This document shows, one piece after another, positions 39,754-50,293 of a DNA stretch of 64,000 nucleotides (the stretch's first letter is position 1; every line of letters begins with the position of its first letter). The notes beneath the pieces are model-generated. The model made no database searches. It was not told the origin of the DNA and saw only the letters and a program-made list of their open reading frames with translations. Made by a program: the position numbers and the translations under genes. Source of the DNA: Candidatus Obscuribacteraceae bacterium (GTDB lineage Bacteria > Cyanobacteriota > Vampirovibrionia > Obscuribacterales > Obscuribacteraceae); NCBI GenBank assembly GCA_044229845.1, contig JBGASG010000004.1, forward strand, positions 96,001 through 160,000, given 5' to 3'.

Positions 39754-41943
39754 CTACACAGAGATTGCGGCTTCTTCTTTCAGCTTCTGGAAAGCTTCTT
39801 CCGGATCGACTTGCTCGCTCGTGATCTTATTCATTATGTAGGAGATGGCGAAAACGCCCTCGTCAAGCGAGAGTGTATTGGCGCGAACGGCTTCGTAAAT
39901 ACGGACGATCGCTTCGATGCAGCGGTCGTCGAGCACTCCGACCATCGACAGCGAAGTGGCAACGATCAACGGCGTACGCACGGCGAGTGCCAGAGCGTTC
40001 TTGATGTCGGCCTCATGGGCAACGCTAGACAGCATGAGGAACTTGTTGAACGCCAGCTGGCTGTTGTCAACTTCTTCGGTGCCGATCTCGGTTTTCTTCG
40101 GCTCAGGATCTTGCGGCTCAACAGCGGCGCCCTCTTCGACGAGCGCCTCCAACTGATCTTCATAGGTCTTACTGGAGACCGGCGCTGCCACTGCTTCCTG
40201 CTGCGCCTGTTGAATTTGTTTCTCCTGCTGCACTTGCTTGGCTTCGCGCGCGGCTTTCGCTTTGGCATCAGCCTCAAGAAGCGCTTTGCGGGCGGCTTCG
40301 GTTTCCGCTTCGATAATCTGCATGCGCAGCAATTCCACTTCGCTCAATCCACCGGCACCGATAGCCGGTCCGGGCGGAGTCGATGGCGCTTGCGGCGGCA
40401 AAGTGTCTTTATCCAGACCACGCAACAGTCCTTTCGCTTGACCGATCGGTACATGCACCGGTCCAGCGGGCATCGGCGCTGCGGGCGGCGGCTCGGGCGC
40501 TTTCTCTGGCTCAGGTTCAGCCTGCGGCTCCGGCACGGAAGGGACCGTCAGCCCTTTAGGCTTCGACGGTTCAGTGGCATAGGAAAAAACTTTCGGGGGT
40601 CGCGTCGCCGTCAGGTCTGCATCGCCATCGAGGGCAGGCTGCGAGCCTGTATTTACATTAAGAGCGGGTTGCGAGCCGGTGTTGGTCTGTTCAAACATAC
40701 CGCCGCCGCCGCGCACGTTCTGCATAGACTTGGCAAAAGCTTCTTCCAGGTCGGCCATCACCATCTTTTTCTCTTCGGTATGGCTGGCTTTTTGGGCCAC
40801 CTGACCGGGCATGGCAATGGCGCGCATCTGCTGCGTTTCATCCTGCGGCATGATGATGTTGCCCAGCACGGTGCTGGATGCCATAGGTCCGCCGGCGCCG
40901 ACTTCCGGCTCCGGTTCGCTCAACAAGCCACCCTGAAGATCTTCCATAGATATGGCTTTCATCTGCAGAGTGTCGGACAGCACTTGCGGTGGTGCCGCCT
41001 TGGTTGCCAGCGACATCTTGAGGGCGTCTAGAGTTTCTTGTTTGACTGGAAATGCACAGTGCACCTCCCACAACTCTTGATAGGCATCTTCAGGACTGCA
41101 TGTACCGTTGCGGGCCGCAGTCTGCAGCTCGATGGCGGCCGAAAGCGTTTCTTCCGAGACCAGTCCGTTCTGCACCAGCATCGTGCCGACGTTTTTGTTT
41201 TGCTCCAGCCCCATCTCGACCGCATTGCGCACATCGAACTCGGTGGCGATGCCGGCACAAATGACCAGATCGCCTAATTTGAGGTTGGCTTTCTGAGTCT
41301 TCTTCTTTTCTTCGTCGTCGACGGACAGCTGTCTTTTGTAGGCGATATTGAGCGCCTTGATGGCTACATCACGCTCGACCTTGCCGTCCCGGATCAATAC
41401 TTGTGCGTTGAGGGCGGCGTTCAGGAAAGTTTCGGTGAGCACGCCGGAAAGCACCAGAGTGCGTCCCAGGGGCAAACCGGTAGAGTTACTCTTCAGCCTG
41501 GCTTTCTCTACCTGTTCCGTTGACAGAATTCCGGCATCAATAAGGAATTCACCCAACTGACTGACGGGGTTGATGTCTTTGCCGCCGGCAGAAGGCGCAG
41601 TATGACCAGCTCTTCCCAGGGCATCGGCGAAGCTTATGCCGGAACGATGAGCCAGGCGCAAGGCCCGCACCGCGTTATAGAGGTCGAGTGAGCCGTCTTT
41701 GATCATGTCTTGCGCCTGGATCGCCATGTCCAGGTGCTTACGCTGAATGTAATTCATGGCCAGCAGGATTTCGCCCACGCGGGCTGTATTGGTTCCCGCC
41801 TGCCGCATGGCATCGGTAAGCACTTCCTGAGGAATAATTCCAGCTCTCACAAGCAGGTCGCCAAGCCTGACTTGAGCATTCTTACCCGCCCAGAACGACT
41901 GGGAAAGCAGACTCGGGGACTTACCTGATTGGTCTTGCGACAC
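39754..41943 (-). CDS. MshEN-like repeat protein with Pro/Ala-rich linker
   Basis: RLGDLLVRAG, RVGEILLAMN, QLGEFLIDAG, PLGRTLVLSG, KLGDLVICAG; GTG start with RBS. Confidence 0.75.
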   Translation of the reverse strand: MSQDQSGKSPSLLSQSFWAGKNAQVRLGDLLVRAGIIPQEVLTDAMRQAGTNTARVGEILLAMNYIQRKHLDMAIQAQDMIKDGSLDLYNAVRALRLAHRSGISFADALGRAGHTAPSAGGKDINPVSQLGEFLIDAGILSTEQVEKARLKSNSTGLPLGRTLVLSGVLTETFLNAALNAQVLIRDGKVERDVAIKALNIAYKRQLSVDDEEKKKTQKANLKLGDLVICAGIATEFDVRNAVEMGLEQNKNVGTMLVQNGLVSEETLSAAIELQTAARNGTCSPEDAYQELWEVHCAFPVKQETLDALKMSLATKAAPPQVLSDTLQMKAISMEDLQGGLLSEPEPEVGAGGPMASSTVLGNIIMPQDETQQMRAIAMPGQVAQKASHTEEKKMVMADLEEAFAKSMQNVRGGGGMFEQTNTGSQPALNVNTGSQPALDGDADLTATRPPKVFSYATEPSKPKGLTVPSVPEPQAEPEPEKAPEPPPAAPMPAGPVHVPIGQAKGLLRGLDKDTLPPQAPSTPPGPAIGAGGLSEVELLRMQIIEAETEAARKALLEADAKAKAAREAKQVQQEKQIQQAQQEAVAAPVSSKTYEDQLEALVEEGAAVEPQDPEPKKTEIGTEEVDNSQLAFNKFLMLSSVAHEADIKNALALAVRTPLIVATSLSMVGVLDDRCIEAIVRIYEAVRANTLSLDEGVFAISYIMNKITSEQVDPEEAFQKLKEEAAISV

Positions 41944-42137
41944 GGAATTCCTCTTGCACTCCAAAATGCCTAAGTGCGAAGCTCACTAGATCGGTCATGC
42001 CACACCAGGGACAGAACCTATCGCCTCCGACAACATTAATACCATTGATCGACTGATATTCATCAAATATCAACACACTGGTTGACTAAAGATGTCAGCT
42101 TGGGCACATTCCTATGTAACCGGTTCAAGCTAACCCC

Positions 42138-45100
42138 ATGCTGATATTCACGCTGTCCGTCAAGAGCAATTCTCAATTCGTCGCCGTCCTCAGTGAAGTT
42201 CGCAAACACTCGGACGTGCGTTACGGCATGTTGCGAGTAGCTTCCAGCGAAACCAGCGGTCGCATCTTCATTGTCGACGGTGCCTTCATCATCGGTTGCG
42301 AATTATCTGACGGTAGAAAGGGCGCCGTCGCGCTCACCACACTGCTCTCCATGGAGCGGGCCATCGTCGGCTTTCTGGAGATGCCTCGGCGCACCGGCGG
42401 CGGCGGGGTGGCGGTCAACATCGAAAACATGGTCAATGATTGCAATGCGTCCCAAGACGAAAACGTCGGCAACGTGCTGCGCCGCATCCTCAATCAAGCG
42501 CCGCTTACGGATCTGCCCGCGGGCGCCGACGCACCCAAACAGCCCGCACCGCACAGTCTGATGATGCACGTTATCCACAACCAGGTGCGCAAGGAGCTCG
42601 GACCCACGCGTGATGCCACTAGCAGTGGTGCGGCAGCAACACTCACCGAAATCGTACTGCGCAATTTAGATACGTACAACAAGTTACTGCAGAGGCTGGA
42701 TCGTGCCCCGGACAAAAACTTCATCAGCCGCTCGGAACTCTTGTGCGCCGACATCGCCATGTTCGAGTCGCTGCTCGAATCTTCGCACCGCAACACTTAC
42801 GCCGCCCAGAGCGTCAAGCGTTTGCGCCAGACTTTGCTCAAATTGATCAAGCGCGCCCGCGCTCAACCGTTAGACTACGAGCCGGTCGCCGCTACCGCTG
42901 CACCGGCGGCACCGACGACGTCGCAGCCAAAGCCCGCAGCACCGGCGGAAGATCGCGAGGAAGAGGCGATCACGCCGGCCGGACTGGTCAACAATCTGGC
43001 ATCCACGCTGCAGCATGACATCTCGAATTTGCCTGACTCCGAAGCTGCTTACACGCAGGCAGACGAAGCGCCGGCAGCCAGCGCCGGCGGCGGCGCACCC
43101 AGCTATTCCAAAGTCGTCACCTCCGATACCGGCTCGATTCGCGTTTTCGCCACCGACACCGACTTCGAAGACGGTGGGTTGACCGGCGGCGGCGGGCTGA
43201 CCAACAGCGACACCTGGGAGTACGGCAGCGACGATCCTTTCGATTGGGGAGAATCGCTGTTTCTCTCAGAGGAAGAACTTTCCACGCAACCGGCAGAAAG
43301 CGAGGCGGACGAAGAAGAGCCGGATCGCAGTTACAAATTGGACACCGGCGCCGATAACGGTGCTCGCATCATGTCGGCGGCAGCAGCCATGAGCGCCGTG
43401 CCGCCTTCACCGAATTTCAGCGCCGAGCCTCCACCGGCGTCAACAGAACCAGCACCAACCCCATCGGCACCACTGGAGCCGGCGCCGGCAGAACCGGCAC
43501 CGCCGCCGCTTTCCGCATCCAGCAGCGGCACCCACTCGCGCGTCAGCGGTGCAACAGAGATTCCAGAGAATCTCCGATATCCGCATGCCGGGCTGTCGGG
43601 CGGACTTGCTCACGAACACGACGCCAAAGACAAACCGACCGATTCCAGCTTCCGCAGAGAACTGAAACAAACCGACTCGCTGGCTAAAAAGCGCATCGAG
43701 AAACACGCCAAGTCCAAGGACACACGCGGTTTTGTCGTCGGCATTCTGGTTCTGGGTCTGCTGGGCGTGGGCGGTTATTTCGGCTATGTTTACTACCTGG
43801 CACCACCGACACCCAAACAACTATATGATCGCGCACTGCTCGCCGAGCAGCAGAAGTATTATTTGCGCGCTCGCGAACAGGTCGACAAAGCCATCGAGCA
43901 AGAGCCGAATTTCGCTCCCGCATTTCTTTTGAGAGCACGCCTGCACACGAATAACGGCGAGTACGCCGACGCGCTTGCCGATTACAATCGAGCCACCCAG
44001 TTGGGCTCGACTGACGACGAGTCTGTCTTGAAAGCTCGCGCCGAAGTGGCTTTCAAAGCCGATGCCTGGGCCGATGCCCAGGATGCCTTGAAGAAACTTC
44101 TGGAGAAGTCTCCGGACGATCTGGAACTTCATCAGAAGCTGGCCACAACGTACCTGCGCCTGGACAAATCGAAGATGAATCCAGACGAAGTCAAGGCAGC
44201 TCTGGAGCAGGCCGTCGAACACTACACGCGCGCCATTACCGGCGGTGCCGCCGATCCGGGTCCGATTTATCGCAGCCGCGGCATGGTCTACGAAGAACTG
44301 AAAGACTTTCCCAAAGCCACCGCCGATTACACGGAGGCGATCAAACTCAACCCGCAAGATCAGCTGGCCTACGCCCGCCGCGGCTCACTCTATCTGAAAA
44401 ACGGCGATGCCGACAAAGCATTCGCCGACCTTTCCAAGGCAGTCGAGAAAGCCCCCAGCCCCGAAGCCCTGGTCGATCTAGCCAGCATCTACGAAAAGAA
44501 AGGCGACCGCGCCAAAGCCGGCGGGCTTGCCGCTCGGGCGCTCGAACTCAACAGTAAAAACGTCGGCGCCTTGATTATTCGCGCCAACAGCTATCTAGCC
44601 CAGAAAGCATTTCCTCGCGCTCTCGATGACTACGACGCTGCCATGCAGCTCGAACCGGACAACGCAACGGTCCGCACGCTGCGGGAGAAAGCTCTGTCGG
44701 CGTATCGCGCCGCTTCACCATCGGCGGTGCGAGAGCTGGAGTCTTCCGATCAACCACGTAAGTTGCCGCCCATTCCAAAAAATATGCCGGAAGGCTCGCT
44801 GATCTTGAAAGGATACGAGCAGCTGCGCGATGGACACACTGATGTTGCCATCCAGATGCTCACCGAAGCTTTGAATAAGGAGCCCTCGAACGAAACAGCC
44901 AGGCGATACCTGGCACATGCTTACTTCCGGGCCCATCATCCGGCTCAAGCAGCCGAACAATTCAAGAGCGTCGCCGGTACCGCCGAATTGACCGAAGCAG
45001 ATCAAATTGTTTACGGCGACGCCTTATCACAGGCGAATCAGCCTGCCGAAGCAGTCGAAGTTCTCAATACCGTTGTCGCCAACCGGCCGACGTCAGTCGC

Positions 45101-45305
45101 CGCTCGCGTTCTTTTGGCTCGCTGCCTGCTTAAAACCGGAGATCGTGCCAAGGCCCAGCAAGTAGTCAATGACGGGTTGCAACTGACAAGTGATCCGGGC
45201 GAAAAACGTGAACTTAATGCGGTGCTGGCGTCCGAATCAGGAGCCGCTCCCAGCCCCAAACCAGACAATTCTTCAAGTCCGAATAACAATTCCGGAACGC
45301 CGTAG
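42138..45305 (+). CDS. Single-pass membrane TPR protein with DUF4388-like N-terminus
   Basis: YGMLRV..GRIFIVDG..G..AL..LL; low-complexity linker; TM helix; many TPRs. Confidence 0.8.
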   Translation: MLIFTLSVKSNSQFVAVLSEVRKHSDVRYGMLRVASSETSGRIFIVDGAFIIGCELSDGRKGAVALTTLLSMERAIVGFLEMPRRTGGGGVAVNIENMVNDCNASQDENVGNVLRRILNQAPLTDLPAGADAPKQPAPHSLMMHVIHNQVRKELGPTRDATSSGAAATLTEIVLRNLDTYNKLLQRLDRAPDKNFISRSELLCADIAMFESLLESSHRNTYAAQSVKRLRQTLLKLIKRARAQPLDYEPVAATAAPAAPTTSQPKPAAPAEDREEEAITPAGLVNNLASTLQHDISNLPDSEAAYTQADEAPAASAGGGAPSYSKVVTSDTGSIRVFATDTDFEDGGLTGGGGLTNSDTWEYGSDDPFDWGESLFLSEEELSTQPAESEADEEEPDRSYKLDTGADNGARIMSAAAAMSAVPPSPNFSAEPPPASTEPAPTPSAPLEPAPAEPAPPPLSASSSGTHSRVSGATEIPENLRYPHAGLSGGLAHEHDAKDKPTDSSFRRELKQTDSLAKKRIEKHAKSKDTRGFVVGILVLGLLGVGGYFGYVYYLAPPTPKQLYDRALLAEQQKYYLRAREQVDKAIEQEPNFAPAFLLRARLHTNNGEYADALADYNRATQLGSTDDESVLKARAEVAFKADAWADAQDALKKLLEKSPDDLELHQKLATTYLRLDKSKMNPDEVKAALEQAVEHYTRAITGGAADPGPIYRSRGMVYEELKDFPKATADYTEAIKLNPQDQLAYARRGSLYLKNGDADKAFADLSKAVEKAPSPEALVDLASIYEKKGDRAKAGGLAARALELNSKNVGALIIRANSYLAQKAFPRALDDYDAAMQLEPDNATVRTLREKALSAYRAASPSAVRELESSDQPRKLPPIPKNMPEGSLILKGYEQLRDGHTDVAIQMLTEALNKEPSNETARRYLAHAYFRAHHPAQAAEQFKSVAGTAELTEADQIVYGDALSQANQPAEAVEVLNTVVANRPTSVAARVLLARCLLKTGDRAKAQQVVNDGLQLTSDPGEKRELNAVLASESGAAPSPKPDNSSSPNNNSGTP

Positions 45306-45403
45306 GCGTTGCGATAAGGTAAATGGTAACATCCGTGATGCCAAAAGGCGTTTGCTGGGCACATCATTTCTTAGGACGCTTTGCTTTATCCGGTCGTTAG
45401 CGG

Positions 45404-48400
45404 ATGCTGCTCTTTACACAACCCATAAATTCCAACCGGCAATTGTCCGATGCATTGTCGCGGGTGCTTCAGCATCCGGAAGTGCAATACGGCATTTTGC
45501 GCATCACGGACGGCGTGACCAACGGACGCATTTTCATTGCCGACGGCAGCGTGTTCGTGGGCGCCGAAGTAGTCGGGGGCAAGATGGGCGCCGAAGCAGT
45601 CTACCGTCTGCTGCATCTCGAAGATGCCATCGTCGGCTTCTTGCAAGTGCCGTTCGAACCGATGGATGACAGCACCTTTGTCGATATACGCACACTGCTC
45701 TTTGAAATGGAGCAATCGCCCGACATCAAGCTCTCCGATGCATTGCTCAAGATTGTCGGCAACACGGCCAAAGACCCCGATACGCCGCCACCCGCAGCCG
45801 GCAGCATGGAATCACCGGCGCGCTTGATGGCTGATGCCATCCACACCCAAGTGCAAAAGGAGCTGGGCAAGAAAGCTTCTGATACCACGGACGGTGACAG
45901 CGAGAAATTATTGCTGGACAACCTCAACTATTACAACAAGCTGCTCAGCCAGCTGGACCGCGCGCCGTACAAAACCTGGTTATCGCGGGCCGAACTTTTG
46001 AACGCCGATCTGGTCGTCTACGAGTGCTTGCTGGAAGGCGAAGAGCGTCAGACAGAAGTCGCCGCAGCCATGAATCGCCTGCGCGAAACCCTCACGAAAG
46101 CGATCGTGCGCGCCGCCGAGACCGCTGCATTGCTCGCCGAAGTAGACACTCCCTATCAATCCACTTCCGAATTGTTTAAACCAGCCGCTGCTCCACAGGC
46201 TCCGGCTGCGGTTTCCGAAAGTAATCGGGTCGACGAAGTAGCAAAAGCCCAGCCCCCCGAATCGGCAAAGCCGGCCACTCCGGTCAGCTCCGCGCCGCCA
46301 CCGGTGTCGGAAGCCAACCGCATGGACAAAATTGCGGTAGCCAAGTCGCCGCACGACGGTACCAATGCCGGACCGGCGGCAACACCTTCGCCGCCGTCGG
46401 CACCGCCACCAGTTTCTGCGGCCAACCGCGTCGACAGAATTGCCATGCCGGCCTCCAGCGTTGCCGCCAAAGCAACCGGCGGTCAAGCAAAACCGGCGCC
46501 GGCAGCTGCCACCACAGCATCAAAACCGGCCGCGGCTGAACCGCCGAAACCGGCGGCTGCGCCACCCAAGCCAGCACCAGAGCCACCCAAGCCAGCACCA
46601 GAGCCACCCAAGCCGGCACCAGAGCCACCCAAGCCGGCACCAGAGCCACCCAAGCCGGCACCCTCCACTCCACTTTCAGACGCGTCCAAAGCCACCGTCG
46701 ATATTGCCAAGCCCGTGGCCACCGCCGGTGACGACTCCGGGCGTTCTGCCTCGCTGGCGGATGCCTGGCAGAAGGCGCTCGCGGAAGCCGAATCCAAGCC
46801 GGCGGAAGAGTCCAAGCCCACCATGTCCGCAGCCGAGCGTGCGGATCTGCCGGAAGAACTGGCTAACTTGCCGATCTCTGCCGCCACCGAAGAATACGAA
46901 GCGTTCGACGACCAGAGCTTTCCAGGTTTCAACGCACCGCCGGCAGCGCCGGCCGCGCCACCCGCCGCGCCTGAGGAAGATGCCGCACCACTGCTCATGC
47001 AACTTACCTCACTGGCGGCGTCCTCCAGCAAAGAATTCAAAAAGCCGACGCCGCTTGGTGAGCCGGACGATCCCAACTCATCGACGATCCAGACTAAGGC
47101 CATCAAAGAGAGCGACCTGCCCGACTGGGCCAGAGATGAAGCTCCTGCCGCCACCGCCGCCAAGCCACCCGCCAGCCCGGCACCAGATACGGTGCCCGCC
47201 AAACCGGCGCCCGCACCGGTGACCGGCAAGTCACCAACTGGTGAGCAAAAGAAAGAACCACCCAAGCCGGCCGCCGCCAAACCTAGCAGCAGCGAGAAGA
47301 AGCCTGCAGAAACGCCACCACCGGCCCCGGCAAAGCCCGCCGCGTCACTTGACTCCCTGCTCAGCTTCGATGATGAAGACGAGTCAAAGCCGGCTCCGCC
47401 GGCCGCTGCCTCTGCTGAATTTGACCCGGACGCCACGCTCACCGACCCGGTGACCGCCATTTCGGCGAGCGAATCCCTTTCCTCAGAAGATGAAGAGGAC
47501 ATGTCGGTCTGGGATGTCTATGAATCACCGAAAGATAAAGCGGAAGCCGCGAAAATCGATACTTCCAAACCGGTGAGAGCCTCTGCGCTCGATGACGATC
47601 TGTTCGGCGATTTCCAATCGGCTCGCAAACCGGCAGTGACAGCCACCCCGACTCCGGCCGCTGCCAGTCAGACTCCCGCACCGACTGCGGAAGAAACAGC
47701 CAAAGACACTTTCTCCAAACTGGAATTCAAACCGGCTCGCCCGGCGACCGGCTCGCAAGCCAGTGGTGAAGCCGTTTCCGCCTTGCAGGCAAAACTCGAT
47801 GGCACCGCACCGACAGGCAAGCCTTATGTTCCTGCCGGCAAACCAGGTGCCACCGGAAAAACGGGACAACAAGGCAAGCCCGCTTCACCCAATCAATCTC
47901 CGGCGGGCAGCGGCGCCGTGTCGTACCAGTCACCCATGGGACCCGATGACGAGATGCCGTCGTCAGCCGCGGAAGATTACACGCGTGAAGCGTTGAACGC
48001 CATTCCCACCCCCGGCAAGGGAGCACCATCATCAGCATCGGCCTCGTCGATGTCTGCTTCTTTGGATGCGATTCCGACACCCCTGGGCGCAACCCCGACA
48101 ACCGCTCTAGATGCCATTCCCACTCCCGGCAGCGGCAAGGCGAAAGCGGTTCCGATCGACCAGTCCGCACAGGATGCGGCCAAAGGCAACGCGGCCGATA
48201 CGTTTGCCGATGGACCAAGCAGACTGATGGGCAAAATCGCTACATCAAAATCAAGTCAGGTGCAGCTGGGCGCCACACCAGGCGCGCGCGGCAAGACCAA
48301 CGAAGCGCTGGTCAATGCGCTCTCGCAGATGTTCGAAGGTCTGGAAATCGACGAAACCGAACTGGACACCATCGAAGAACAGGCAAAGAAAGCCGAAGAA

Positions 48401-50071
48401 GAGAAGCGTCGCTTCAAACAAGAAATTGCCGAAGCGGAAAAACAGCAAGATATGTTGTCGGCCGCGGCTATTGCCAGCATTCGCACGCAAGAGGCTCAAG
48501 CCGCCGACAAAGAACTGCGCACCGAGTTGAAGTCACTCAGGCAACAACAGACTTTCAACAAGCGCTACCTAATCGGCGGTGCGGTCGCCGGCGTTCTGGT
48601 TCTCGGCACCATCGTCTACTTCGTCTTTAATCCGCCCGGTCCCTCGATTTCCAGCGACATTCAATCAGCCAAGCAGCACCTGAAAGACAATTTGCGTTCG
48701 GTGGCTCGCGAAGAGATCAAAATGGCCATCAGCAAAGATCCGAAGAGCGCCGAAGCACACCAGATTCTCGGACAGATCTTGTTCGAAGAAGGCGAATACA
48801 CTGAAGCTCTCACCGAATTGAAACAAGCTGAAACGCTGGGCGCCAAGCCCGATGCAGCGACACTGCACATGATGGCGGAATCGGCGATCAAAACTAAAAA
48901 CTGGAAAGAAGCGCGAGCAATTACAGAGCGTCAAATCAAGAAAGGCTCTACAACAAAACTGCAAGTTCAGCTCGGACGCATCGAGCGCGACTCAGGCAAC
49001 TGGACAGCAGCATTGCCCTACTTCAACAAGGCGATCAGCGGCGGCTACAAAGAAGCGTACCGCGAACGCGGCGAACTGTACTTCAAATTGAAGCAGCCCA
49101 AGAAAGCGCTCGGGGACCTCGACCAGGCGATCAAGAGCAACGATAAAGACATGCGCGCACATCTTTTGCGCGGACGCTGCTACCTGCAAATCGGCGATAC
49201 GAAATCCGCGCTCGCAGACTTCGCTAAGGCGCAAGCGCCACTGCACCCCGACGCAAATGTGCTGTCCTATCAAGCCATCGCTTACTTCCGCAGTGGGCAA
49301 TACGAGAAAGCCATCGAAGCTGCCAGCAAAGCGCTCGACATAGATCAAAATTCGGTGCCGGCTTATATGGTCCGCGGTGATGCCTTCATGGCGTTGCGCA
49401 CATACCAGCGCGCCGTCAATGACTTCGATCAGATTCTGCAACTGGACGAGAAAAATCCCGAAGCCAAACGCAAACGCCAGGCCGCATACGTCGCTTACCG
49501 ACGCAGCGCCGCTCGCGGTGATGTTTATGGACTGCAGTCGGAGTCCGTTTCCATACCTGCCAATCTTTCCGGCGCCCAGCTGGTGCAGCGCGGCTACGAG
49601 CTGTTGCGCTCCGGTCAGTACAACCAGGCGACAGCATATTTCACCGCCGCGCTCAAGAAGCAACCTAACGATGCCACCGCGCGCATGTATCTCGGTCACG
49701 CTCTCAACAAATCCGGACAGGATTCTGATGCAGCCGAGCAGTTCCGCCTGGCTGATCAGATGGGCGCCCAAATGCGTCCGCTCGATCGCGCTGCCTGGGC
49801 TGACTCTCTGCTTTCCGCCGGACAGAGCGAACAAGCGAAAACTATGTTCGAGCAGATTCTGCAGTCATCGCCAAAACTGCTTGCCGCAAGAATGGGACAG
49901 CTGAAGGCTTATATCGCCCTCGGCGATCGCAAGAAGGCCGAGTCGCTGGCCCGTACATATATGGTGGATTCCAACGAACAAGAACAAGAGGCGTTGTCCA
50001 GTCTGTTCAGGAAGCAAGACGACAGTCCGCCGCCTCAGCAGGAGGAGCAAAAGGCCCCTCCAACAGGTTAA
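45404..50071 (+). CDS. Paralogous large single-pass membrane TPR protein
   Basis: N-terminal ~230 aa homologous to the upstream gene; Pro/Ala-rich linker; TM helix; TPR array. Confidence 0.8.
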   Translation: MLLFTQPINSNRQLSDALSRVLQHPEVQYGILRITDGVTNGRIFIADGSVFVGAEVVGGKMGAEAVYRLLHLEDAIVGFLQVPFEPMDDSTFVDIRTLLFEMEQSPDIKLSDALLKIVGNTAKDPDTPPPAAGSMESPARLMADAIHTQVQKELGKKASDTTDGDSEKLLLDNLNYYNKLLSQLDRAPYKTWLSRAELLNADLVVYECLLEGEERQTEVAAAMNRLRETLTKAIVRAAETAALLAEVDTPYQSTSELFKPAAAPQAPAAVSESNRVDEVAKAQPPESAKPATPVSSAPPPVSEANRMDKIAVAKSPHDGTNAGPAATPSPPSAPPPVSAANRVDRIAMPASSVAAKATGGQAKPAPAAATTASKPAAAEPPKPAAAPPKPAPEPPKPAPEPPKPAPEPPKPAPEPPKPAPSTPLSDASKATVDIAKPVATAGDDSGRSASLADAWQKALAEAESKPAEESKPTMSAAERADLPEELANLPISAATEEYEAFDDQSFPGFNAPPAAPAAPPAAPEEDAAPLLMQLTSLAASSSKEFKKPTPLGEPDDPNSSTIQTKAIKESDLPDWARDEAPAATAAKPPASPAPDTVPAKPAPAPVTGKSPTGEQKKEPPKPAAAKPSSSEKKPAETPPPAPAKPAASLDSLLSFDDEDESKPAPPAAASAEFDPDATLTDPVTAISASESLSSEDEEDMSVWDVYESPKDKAEAAKIDTSKPVRASALDDDLFGDFQSARKPAVTATPTPAAASQTPAPTAEETAKDTFSKLEFKPARPATGSQASGEAVSALQAKLDGTAPTGKPYVPAGKPGATGKTGQQGKPASPNQSPAGSGAVSYQSPMGPDDEMPSSAAEDYTREALNAIPTPGKGAPSSASASSMSASLDAIPTPLGATPTTALDAIPTPGSGKAKAVPIDQSAQDAAKGNAADTFADGPSRLMGKIATSKSSQVQLGATPGARGKTNEALVNALSQMFEGLEIDETELDTIEEQAKKAEEEKRRFKQEIAEAEKQQDMLSAAAIASIRTQEAQAADKELRTELKSLRQQQTFNKRYLIGGAVAGVLVLGTIVYFVFNPPGPSISSDIQSAKQHLKDNLRSVAREEIKMAISKDPKSAEAHQILGQILFEEGEYTEALTELKQAETLGAKPDAATLHMMAESAIKTKNWKEARAITERQIKKGSTTKLQVQLGRIERDSGNWTAALPYFNKAISGGYKEAYRERGELYFKLKQPKKALGDLDQAIKSNDKDMRAHLLRGRCYLQIGDTKSALADFAKAQAPLHPDANVLSYQAIAYFRSGQYEKAIEAASKALDIDQNSVPAYMVRGDAFMALRTYQRAVNDFDQILQLDEKNPEAKRKRQAAYVAYRRSAARGDVYGLQSESVSIPANLSGAQLVQRGYELLRSGQYNQATAYFTAALKKQPNDATARMYLGHALNKSGQDSDAAEQFRLADQMGAQMRPLDRAAWADSLLSAGQSEQAKTMFEQILQSSPKLLAARMGQLKAYIALGDRKKAESLARTYMVDSNEQEQEALSSLFRKQDDSPPPQQEEQKAPPTG
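46561..46662 (+). repeat. Coding 21-bp tandem repeat (PPKPAPE, about 5 copies)
   Basis: Unit GCCACCCAAGCCRGCACCAGA. Confidence 0.9.
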
Positions 50072-50101
50072 AAACGGCGGGGCTTCTTACCCCGCCGTTT
50101 T
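50071..50101. terminator. Bidirectional intrinsic terminator
   Basis: AAAACGGCGGGG-loop-CCCCGCCGTTTT between a convergent CDS and tRNA. Confidence 0.85.
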
Positions 50102-50109
50102 CGAATGAT

Positions 50110-50182
50110 TGGAGATAAGGGGATTCGAACCCCTGACCTCACGGGTGCGATCCGTGCGCTCTACCAACTGAGCTATATCCCC
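50110..50182 (-). tRNA. tRNA-Ala(CGC)
   Basis: Anticodon arm CACGG-ATCGCAC-CCGTG; G3:U70; no encoded CCA. Confidence 0.93.
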
Positions 50183-50293
50183 ATAAAGGGAACGTTCAAC
50201 ATTATAATCCGGAATCTGTCGAATCAGTTGCCTTCCATCCAGAAGCTGTAAAGCGGAGCGGAGTTGTGAATACCATGAAAGGAATGTCCTGAC

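Noticed and set aside
39739..41031. Long antisense ORFs (also 27733-28935, 46483-47502, 57268-58227, 61267-62232)
   Set aside because: They are shadows of real genes caused by GC-rich codon bias and show no motifs.
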